DNA of 9,604 bases from Candidatus Wukongarchaeum yapensis (GTDB lineage: Archaea > Asgardarchaeota > Wukongarchaeia > Wukongarchaeales > Wukongarchaeaceae): the NCBI GenBank assembly GCA_016840425.1, contig JAEOSI010000072.1, positions 1-9,604 of the forward strand. The letters are read 5' to 3'. Below the pieces are notes generated by a model. It saw only the letters and a list, made by a program, of their open reading frames with translations, did no database searches and was not told the DNA's origin. Both the position numbers and the translations under genes were made by a program. Positions 1 to 6,454 of the stretch are shown one piece after another (position 1 is the stretch's first letter; every line of letters starts with the position of its first letter).

Positions 1-9
1 CCCTTTTCG

Positions 10-18
10 CCCTCCTCT
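10..18 (-). promoter_or_regulatory. Possible ribosome-binding site of a divergent gene starting just left of the window
   Basis: Minus strand reads AGAGGAGGG followed by CGAAAAGGG up to the window edge. It resembles GGGGCGAAAAACC before the GH125 start. The downstream gene is not visible. Confidence 0.3.
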
Positions 19-46
19 AACAAAGAAAAGAAAAAACCTAAAAACT

Positions 47-71
47 AAATAAGTTTTACAATAGGTTTAAC
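47..71 (+). promoter_or_regulatory. Archaeal-type promoter/operator motif upstream of CLC1 (copy 1)
   Basis: AAATAAGTTTTACAATAGGTTTAAC: A-rich BRE-like lead-in plus TATA-like TTTTACAA, 16 nt before the TTG start. 23/25 identical to 3906-3930. Confidence 0.6.
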
Positions 72-87
72 TATATGAGACTTTACT

Positions 88-1941
88 TTGACTCCTTTCG
101 GTAAAAAACAAAAAATCGAACTCCTTCCAGGGTATCCTAAGGAAGAGACTTTTCGCGAGAGATTACGACGTGCCTGGACTGATTATCCCCACCGAAGCGA
201 GGTCAGGCTCACCGCTCTTGCAGCTTTAGTAGGAATACTTTCTGGCCTTGGAGCGGTTACTTTCACCTACTTTTTAGAGTTTCTATGGGATAGCTTCTAC
301 TCGGATCCGCGTAGCGGTTGGAGGAAGATTTCTATTTTTCTCATTGTACCCCCTATCGGTGGTTTTATAGTGGGGAATATGACGGAAAAATTGGCACGAG
401 AGGCACGGGGGCATGGTGTACCGGAGGTCATGGAAAGCCTTACTCTCCATGGTGGTCGAATGAGGTTAAGAGTGTCGTTAGTAAAGTCGATCGCTTCGGG
501 TATCACGATTGGTACAGGGGGGAGTGCGGGAAGAGAAGGACCCTTTGCCCAAATCGGCGCGGGTATAGGCTCGGCAATAGGTCAACTTTTAAACCTGAAT
601 GATGAGGAAATGCGTCTGCTTACAACTTGTGGTTTGAGTTCTGGAATAGCAGCAACTTTTAACGCTCCTCTCGGAGGCGCGCTTTTTGGGTTTGAAATAA
701 TGTTGGGGGTGCTTGAACCGATCGCCATAATACCTATTATTCTTTCATCGGTTATCGCAACAGGTGTGATGTCGCATTTCTTTGGAGTAAATCCGATGTT
801 CGACTTGCCGGTCTTCAAATTCACTCAACCTTCACAATTGATCTTATTCTTTTTACTCGGGGTAATTGGAGGAATCCTTGCTTCAGGTTGGGTCAAGGGC
901 TTTTACTTTATTGAGGGACTTTTTGACAGGCTCGAAATACCGATGGAATTCAAACCTGCAATCGGTGGATTAGGAATTAGTCTTATAGCCATTGCTGGTG
1001 CCCCTGAAGTCATGGGAACCAGTTTTGACACCATGGAAGACATTGTTGAAAAAAGGTTATCACTTCTCGTTTTGGGGGGGTTGTTGCTCGCTAAAGCTTT
1101 GGGAACGGCTTCAACCATAGGTTCAGGGGGTAGTGGAGGTGTTTTTTCCCCCTCTTTGTTTCTCGGAGGTGCAATGGGAGCAATGTTTGGAATCTTCATG
1201 AAAAACATCGGATGGATACCCTCTTCCGATGTGGGGATGTTTGCACTTGTTGGTATGGGTACGGTATTTGGTGGTGCTGCAAAAGCTCCAATAACAACTA
1301 GCGTGATACTTTTCGAAATGACAGGCGAATACAGCTTACTTCCTTTATTACTTGCAGCAAACATCATAAGTTACACAATAACTATGTTGATCCTCGAGGA
1401 AGGAGACATCTATACCTTGAAATTGCACAAGCGAGGAGTTCGGATAAAGAGAGGTCACTTAGTTGATGTATTGAATGAGATCATAGTTAAGGAACATATG
1501 GCGACTCCTGTTGAAACATTACCAGCTTCGATGCCTATAGAAAAAGCAGTTGAAATCTTCATGGAGAAAAAACATACCGGTTATCCAATTGTGAATAAGG
1601 AAGGAGAACTCGTAGGCATGGTCACTCTTTGGGACATACATAACATTTTTCATGATCCTTCAATAAATCCAAAAACTGTGACCTTGGGCGATGTTTTTCT
1701 TAGCGAAGTAGTAACAGCGTTGCCCGATGAAACCATGAATCAAGCTTTGGAAAAGATGTTCAAATACAAGGTTGGAAGATTACCTGTAGTTACGCTAAAA
1801 AATCCAAAAAAACCCATCGGGATAATTACTAGAAAAAACATCATTAGAGCCCACGAATTAGCGCTTCTTAACAGAGAAAAGTGGGCCAAGGTAATCCAAG
1901 ACAGACATGTACCAAAGAAGCATAGAAAAACGAAAAATTAG
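88..1941 (+). CDS. CLC-family chloride channel/anion-proton antiporter with C-terminal CBS pair (CLC1), 617 aa
   Basis: CLC signatures GHGVPE (409-426), GGSAGREGP, FNAPLGG, GSGGVFSP and a C-terminal Tyr (GDIY). Many hydrophobic helices, then two CBS motifs (GYPIVN, GRLPVV). TTG start with no clear SD, possibly leaderless. Confidence 0.96.
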   Translation: MTPFGKKQKIELLPGYPKEETFRERLRRAWTDYPHRSEVRLTALAALVGILSGLGAVTFTYFLEFLWDSFYSDPRSGWRKISIFLIVPPIGGFIVGNMTEKLAREARGHGVPEVMESLTLHGGRMRLRVSLVKSIASGITIGTGGSAGREGPFAQIGAGIGSAIGQLLNLNDEEMRLLTTCGLSSGIAATFNAPLGGALFGFEIMLGVLEPIAIIPIILSSVIATGVMSHFFGVNPMFDLPVFKFTQPSQLILFFLLGVIGGILASGWVKGFYFIEGLFDRLEIPMEFKPAIGGLGISLIAIAGAPEVMGTSFDTMEDIVEKRLSLLVLGGLLLAKALGTASTIGSGGSGGVFSPSLFLGGAMGAMFGIFMKNIGWIPSSDVGMFALVGMGTVFGGAAKAPITTSVILFEMTGEYSLLPLLLAANIISYTITMLILEEGDIYTLKLHKRGVRIKRGHLVDVLNEIIVKEHMATPVETLPASMPIEKAVEIFMEKKHTGYPIVNKEGELVGMVTLWDIHNIFHDPSINPKTVTLGDVFLSEVVTALPDETMNQALEKMFKYKVGRLPVVTLKNPKKPIGIITRKNIIRAHELALLNREKWAKVIQDRHVPKKHRKTKN

Positions 1942-1970
1942 TGATCCACAAAGTAGAGGAGGAAAATTAG

Positions 1971-2055
1971 ATGACTAAAAATTGAATATTCTTCTTCTCA
2001 GAACCCAGAGAAAGCTCTTAAAATCATTATTTTCTTAAAATTAGATGGGTTTTAG
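1971..2055 (+). pseudogene. Possible remnant of a small gene after CLC1
   Basis: Strong GAGGAGG SD (1956-1962) then ATG at 1971, but that frame stops after MTKN. Skipping one A of the A5 run gives MTKIEYSSSQNPEKALKIIIFLKLDGF*. No family recognised. Confidence 0.25.
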
Positions 2056-2258
2056 AACTCAAAAAGATTTATGAAGAAAAATAATAATTGTCGTAAAGAA
2101 TGATCGTAAAGTATATTAAGGATTTACATTATTTTTTGCCGATTAAAAGTAGGTTTTAATTAATCTCTAGAAAGGAGGCAGGAATATTTAATAATTCTCT
2201 TAGAAAGGAAATAGAGGCTACTGCGAAAAAAGAAGCAGTACCGTCCTTCATCCAAGCC

Positions 2259-3074
2259 TTGACGAATGAAAATGCCACTGTTCGAAAAGAAGCAGCATAT
2301 GTTCTTGGAAAAATAAAGGACGAGAGGGCAGTGGGACCCCTTATCGAGGCTTTGATCTTGGATTTAGATATGGCTGTTCGAAAGGAAGTGGCATGGGCCC
2401 TTGAAAACATAGGAGAACCCGCATTAGAGCCCCTTATCGAGGTCTTGAAGGATGAAGATAGTGTTGTTCGGTGGGAAGCGGCGTGGGCCCTTGGAGAGAT
2501 TGGGGATAAGAGGGCTGTTGAGCCGCTTATTGAGGCTTTGAAGGATGAAGATAGGGGTGTTAAAAGGCAAGCAGCAGAAGCCCTTGGAAAGATTGGGGAT
2601 AAGAGGGCTGTTGAGCCGCTTATTGAGGCTTTGAAGGATGAAGATTGGCCTGCTCGAATGGGGGCAATAGATGCTCTTGGTGAGATAAAAGATGCGAGGG
2701 CTGTTGAGCCCCTTATTAAGGCTTTGAAGGATGAAAATAGAGGTGTTCGAAAGAGAGCAGTATGGACCCTTGGTGAGATAAAAGATGCGAGGGCTGTTGA
2801 GCCCCTCATAGGGGCCCTGAAGGATAAAGATTTGAATGTCCAAATAGAGACAGTAAAAGCTCTTGAAAAGATAGGAGAACCGGCAGTAGAATTCCTCATC
2901 GAAGCTCTGAGGGATGAAAATAGAACTGTTCGATATGGAGCAGTAAAAGCCCTTGGTAATATAGGGAGTGCAAGGGCATTGAGTCCTCTCACTCAAGCTT
3001 TAAATGATAAAGATGGAGAAGTTCGGAAAGCTGCGAAAGAGGCTTTAGAAAATATCGTAGATTTGGAAAGCTGA
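2259..3074 (+). CDS. HEAT-repeat (PBS lyase HEAT-like) alpha-solenoid protein; true start probably upstream, near 2184
   Basis: About 8-9 units of 31 aa of the type [31 protein letters not shown]. The frame is open back to 2160 and encodes [11 protein letters not shown], a repeat helix, before the TTG at 2259. Confidence 0.92.
   Translation: MTNENATVRKEAAYVLGKIKDERAVGPLIEALILDLDMAVRKEVAWALENIGEPALEPLIEVLKDEDSVVRWEAAWALGEIGDKRAVEPLIEALKDEDRGVKRQAAEALGKIGDKRAVEPLIEALKDEDWPARMGAIDALGEIKDARAVEPLIKALKDENRGVRKRAVWTLGEIKDARAVEPLIGALKDKDLNVQIETVKALEKIGEPAVEFLIEALRDENRTVRYGAVKALGNIGSARALSPLTQALNDKDGEVRKAAKEALENIVDLES
2497..2645 (+). repeat. 93-bp-period tandem duplication within the HEAT gene (pair A)
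   Basis: 2497-2552 is identical to 2590-2645 (56 bp, AGATTGGGGATAAGAGGGCTGTTGAGCCGCTTATTGAGGCTTTGAAGGATGAAGAT). Confidence 0.92.
2676..2806 (+). repeat. 93-bp-period tandem duplication within the HEAT gene (pair B)
   Basis: 2676-2713 is identical to 2769-2806 (38 bp, CTTGGTGAGATAAAAGATGCGAGGGCTGTTGAGCCCCT). Confidence 0.92.
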
Positions 3075-3346
3075 ATATGACATAAAAACATCTTTTAAAA
3101 AATTAAGTTGTAATAGATCTCTTTTTCTGGCTTTTCAAAGAAATGACCTTTTGCCAGTAAAAAAATAAAAGTTACCATGTTTTTTTATGTGATTGTTTTT
3201 TTTAGGACTTTTTGTGCTTATTTGGATTGTTGAGGGGAGTGAGGAGTGCATTATAGACAGCTTTTTAATCTTTTTTAGGAGCTTAGTGACCTGCAAAAAC
3301 ACTTGCTAGCTAAAATTAATTAACTTCTTTATAAATGTCAGATAGG

Positions 3347-3764
3347 TTATATGGACAATGATAGTATTACTCTGCCTGTACGCTTGCGATAATATAAAGC
3401 TTCGATGGTGAAAGCTAATCCAAGCATAATAACCAATATCAATATATCTTTGCGGACTTGTCATCAATGTTTGCCCAACTCACAACCTTATCGTGGCCTT
3501 TTTGTTAACCGTCTCGACCCCGTAACAATATCTTAATCCCTTTACTGCGAAAGAAGAAAATAAAGGCAGCTCAGAAGGATTTAAAGGTATGCTTAAGAAC
3601 TCAACACAAGCAAGATACTCCTCCCTCTTCCAATTTCTAAGCAAATAGTAGACTATAATTGTGGAAATTGTGACTAAAGCAAAGTAGTGTGGAAGGAAAG
3701 TTTTAAGGCAAGATACTGTTTTCCTTATGATGTTGATGATGTCTAGAGGTTGATTTAAAACCAT
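3347..3764 (-). pseudogene. Small membrane protein gene, probably disrupted (94-aa ORF 3480-3764 plus out-of-frame C-terminal TM segment)
   Basis: ATG 3764 with GAGGG upstream. The ORF has a TM-like stretch (YFALVTISTIIVYYLL). Downstream of its stop another frame reads VRKDILILVIMLGLAFTIEALYYRKRTGRVILSLSI* (stop 3349-3347), a TM helix plus basic tail. No family recognised. Confidence 0.4.
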
Positions 3765-3772
3765 GTTTTAAA
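3754..3772. promoter_or_regulatory. Perfect 8-bp inverted repeat centred on the start codon of the minus-strand ORF
   Basis: TTTAAAAC-CAT-GTTTTAAA. It is AT-rich, so chance is possible. Confidence 0.35.
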
Positions 3773-3783
3773 CGTTCCCTCGA

Positions 3784-3811
3784 AGAATAGACCTTTTAGA
3801 ATAGACCTTTT
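3784..3811. repeat. Perfect 14-bp tandem duplication in a divergent promoter region
   Basis: AGAATAGACCTTTT x2 (3784-3797, 3798-3811). Confidence 0.9.
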
Positions 3812-3905
3812 TCCTTAAGCTTATTTTAATCGGTAAATTAGATAGTTAATTGAAAAGAAGCATAAAAAATTAAACCATCAAAAAAGGCGATAAAAACACC
3901 GAAAA

Positions 3906-3930
3906 AAATAAGTTTTATAACAGGTTTAAC
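3906..3930 (+). promoter_or_regulatory. Archaeal-type promoter/operator motif upstream of GH125 (copy 2)
   Basis: AAATAAGTTTTATAACAGGTTTAAC containing the TATA box TTTTATAA. 23/25 identical to 47-71. A GGGG SD at 3964-3967 follows before TTG 3977. Confidence 0.65.
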
Positions 3931-3976
3931 AGATTTTAAATCGTGTTTATTAACCATATCAAAGGGGCGAAAAACC

Positions 3977-5980
3977 TTGTTGGAGGAAGTATTTAAGGGG
4001 GCTAAAAGTGAGAGTTTTATTTATGAAATTAAGTTTGCTAGGTCAAAGCCACAGGACACGGGTAACTCTGGAATAACAGCTTCTTTAGGGGTTTATGGGG
4101 ATATTATAGCTATAGGATGTGCTTTTCCGAAAGCACCTACTGGATTCATGCAGTTAACGCCAGTAGGACCTTTTATGGGGGACCACTATAGTAGAGAAAA
4201 TGTCTTACGATATAGGCAGATGTTTTTACAGGATAAATTTAGTTTAATAGGTTATGGACTGCATTTTCCTTCGCCCATTAATAGTAGTAGGGTTTCCATG
4301 ATAAACCACATGATTCCTAGAGTTATATTAAAAATCTCGAGAGCTAAGATAGAATCTGTAACGGTTGCGCCTATCATTGAAGGAAGATCAATAAAAGCAA
4401 TCGTTCAGAGCTATTCAATAACTTCGAGTGATAAAAACCCCCTAACTATGCCTATAAGTATCGGGGGAAGATTCTACCTTAATAGACCAGCAATATCTGA
4501 GATAACTGAAGCAGGGATTATAGCATATACTTCTCATAAAAACAAGATTTACTATGAAAAAGAGGAAGATGTCATTATTTGCGAGAACCCAGAAATAGGG
4601 GCAAAGATGTTTATAAAGCCCCAACTTCCCTTTTCCTTGGTAGAAGTTGATAAACCTATAACAGCCACTCATTTAGTAAATTTTTTTGCAAGATTTTTAT
4701 TAAAATTATCTCCTAAAAAGACAGAAGAGATACGTATAATTTATTCGCCTGAAGAAAAAGATTTGCAAATGATTTCCAAGCTTCACACAGAAAGAATACT
4801 GGAAGAAACGGCAAACTATTGGGATGAAGTCCTGGAAATAGACCCAGAAATTGTAAAGAATAATGCTCTTACAAATCTTGATGATCATATTATAAAAAGA
4901 AATTTGGCATATACTGTTGGTTGTTGCCTTTATGAGGAAAATGATACCACCAGCCTGATTGCAGATCACGTGATTTTACCAGCTTCTTGGAATAGGGACT
5001 CATTTTACATGGCGATAGCCATGCTGGAATACCCTGCTTCGTATAAAAAAGCGAGGAAAATATTAACAGAACATGTGCGAAAATATTTGAACTGGCTTTT
5101 TGAGAAAGCTCAAAAATCTGACGGGTCTTGGGGGCGTTCCCATCTCATAACTGGAGAAGTTAAGGATGATGTTTTTCAATTAGATCAGCAGTTCTACCCA
5201 CTATTACTGGCCGTTCTTTACTGTAAAGTTGTGTTAAACAATTCAATTTTAGAGAAGTATATAGATAACATAAGACAAGCTATCAACTTAGTTGAATTAT
5301 ATAAACACCCTCATTTCGCATTATATGCAACGAAAGAAACACCAGCAGACGATTTAGTTTCATATCCGTACCAATTTTCTGCCCACGTAATTGCTTGGAC
5401 TACTTTTTACATGCTCGGAGAATATTTAAAGGAGATAGATCCGGAGTTAGCGTCTTTCTGTGAAGAAAGAGCGACAGAAATAAAAGAAGCAGTAATGGAA
5501 AAAATGGTGGCAACACACCCAGAATTAGGGAGAGAACTTTATGTTTATACTACAGACCTTGTGGGTAATTGTGAGTTTCTTCATGATGCAAACGATCTGC
5601 CCACTATTCTCGCTCCTTATTTCGGATTTTGTGATACGGATGATCCTATATGGAGAAACACGGTTGAGTTTGCTTTCAGTAAAGAAAATCCTGCTTATTA
5701 TCCTGGGAGTTTTGGCGGCCTTGGATCAAGACACGCACCGGCAAAGTGGACTCTTGGAGATGTCCAAGAACTTTTAGCATATAACCTCATAGGGTCAGAG
5801 CGACATGTAGAAAAAATCAGAAAAAAACTTAGAGGGGATATAATGGTTGATGGACTATTCCCTGAAACAATAGATCCAGAAACAGGGATCCTGTCAACCC
5901 GGGCATGGTTTGCATGGCCTGGGGCGGCATTCGTTTGGGCATTAACAAGCTGGCGCTTTGCAGAAGTAGGATACTATTAG
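3977..5980 (+). CDS. Glycoside hydrolase family 125-like (metal-independent alpha-mannosidase, (alpha/alpha)6 barrel) with ~290-aa N-terminal extension, 667 aa
   Basis: Motifs correspond in order to GH125: SWNRDS, FQLDQQFYPL, ETPADD, HDANDLPTILAPYFGF..DDPIWRNT, NPAYYPG, RHAP, FPET, RAWFAWPGAAF. No signal peptide visible. Confidence 0.85.
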   Translation: MLEEVFKGAKSESFIYEIKFARSKPQDTGNSGITASLGVYGDIIAIGCAFPKAPTGFMQLTPVGPFMGDHYSRENVLRYRQMFLQDKFSLIGYGLHFPSPINSSRVSMINHMIPRVILKISRAKIESVTVAPIIEGRSIKAIVQSYSITSSDKNPLTMPISIGGRFYLNRPAISEITEAGIIAYTSHKNKIYYEKEEDVIICENPEIGAKMFIKPQLPFSLVEVDKPITATHLVNFFARFLLKLSPKKTEEIRIIYSPEEKDLQMISKLHTERILEETANYWDEVLEIDPEIVKNNALTNLDDHIIKRNLAYTVGCCLYEENDTTSLIADHVILPASWNRDSFYMAIAMLEYPASYKKARKILTEHVRKYLNWLFEKAQKSDGSWGRSHLITGEVKDDVFQLDQQFYPLLLAVLYCKVVLNNSILEKYIDNIRQAINLVELYKHPHFALYATKETPADDLVSYPYQFSAHVIAWTTFYMLGEYLKEIDPELASFCEERATEIKEAVMEKMVATHPELGRELYVYTTDLVGNCEFLHDANDLPTILAPYFGFCDTDDPIWRNTVEFAFSKENPAYYPGSFGGLGSRHAPAKWTLGDVQELLAYNLIGSERHVEKIRKKLRGDIMVDGLFPETIDPETGILSTRAWFAWPGAAFVWALTSWRFAEVGYY

Positions 5981-6029
5981 AACAAAGAATTGGCTACTAA
6001 CAAATTTCTAGCTTCTAAAAATCATTTGA

Positions 6030-6059
6030 TGACATCTATCTCTGACATCTACTCTGACA
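6030..6059. repeat. Imperfect short tandem repeat
   Basis: TGACATCTATCTC / TGACATCTACTC / TGACA. Confidence 0.7.
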
Positions 6060-6192
6060 AAAGATTGAATTATTTTCTTCATATTACTTGAGTATTATGC
6101 AACATCCATCCTACAAGAAGTTCTCTTTCAACCTCTTTTTATAGACATCAGAAGGAGAATAGCAAAATCTTCTTTTTTGCTAAGAACGTTAT

Positions 6193-6215
6193 GTGAAATG
6201 GTTAATCGATTTCAC
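6193..6215. promoter_or_regulatory. Inverted repeat upstream of the nikR remnant (candidate operator)
   Basis: GTGAAAT-N9-ATTTCAC, about 30 nt before the remnant start. Confidence 0.35.
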
Positions 6216-6244
6216 GTTATCTTACTACTCTGATCGTATAGTAT

Positions 6245-6454
6245 GTGGAGAATTTATGTGAAAAAATCAAGCGAGTCGCTATTTCTTTGCCTTATGAGTT
6301 ATTGAAGGATATTGATAAGGTATGAAAAGAAAAAGGATATCTAAATAGGCTATAGGCCATACGTACAGCCATTAGAAATTTCTTAGTCGAAGAGGAATGG
6401 AGAGCCGGAGAAAGTGAGATAATAAGGGTTCTATCTTTTGTTTATAATCATGAC
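6245..6454 (+). pseudogene. nikR: Nickel-responsive regulator NikR pseudogene (RHH domain plus start of metal-binding domain)
   Basis: Manual translation: EKIKRVAISLPYELLKDIDKV*KEKGYLNRL*AIRTAIRNFLVEEEWRAGESEIIRVLSFVYNHD, matching the NikR pattern R.GVSLP..LL..FD......GY.NRSEAIRD.IR..L.E..W......V.G.I..VYDH. Stops TGA 6323-6325 and TAG 6353-6355. ATG 6256 (after GGAG) is out of frame. Homology ends inside the CLC2 3' end. Confidence 0.88.

Noticed and set aside
75-104. Short ATG ORF MRLYFDSFR overlapping the CLC1 start
   Set aside because: Nine codons, no SD, and probably upstream of or at the expected TSS. There is no evidence for a leader peptide.
297-1367. ORFs 297-506, 318-602, 582-824 and 903-1367
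   Set aside because: Shadow frames inside CLC1 with no recognisable motifs.
2497-2806. Regularly spaced DNA repeats as a CRISPR array
   Set aside because: They are in-frame 93-bp coding units whose intervening parts are also homologous, so there are no unique spacers. No array was seen anywhere in the window.
2156-2996. Antisense ORFs of 278 aa and 190 aa
   Set aside because: Mirror of the repetitive HEAT gene. The periodicity is inherited from the 93-bp units.
3246-3323. GTG-initiated MHYRQLFNLF*ELSDLQKHLLAKIN after a purine-rich SD-like tract
   Set aside because: Too short, interrupted and unrecognisable.
4442-5777. ORFs 4442-4672, 4706-4969 and 5541-5777
   Set aside because: Shadow frames inside the GH125 gene.
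5981-6185. Coding-like fragments on the minus strand (e.g. KKEVERELLVGW)
   Set aside because: Every frame is broken and no family was recognised.
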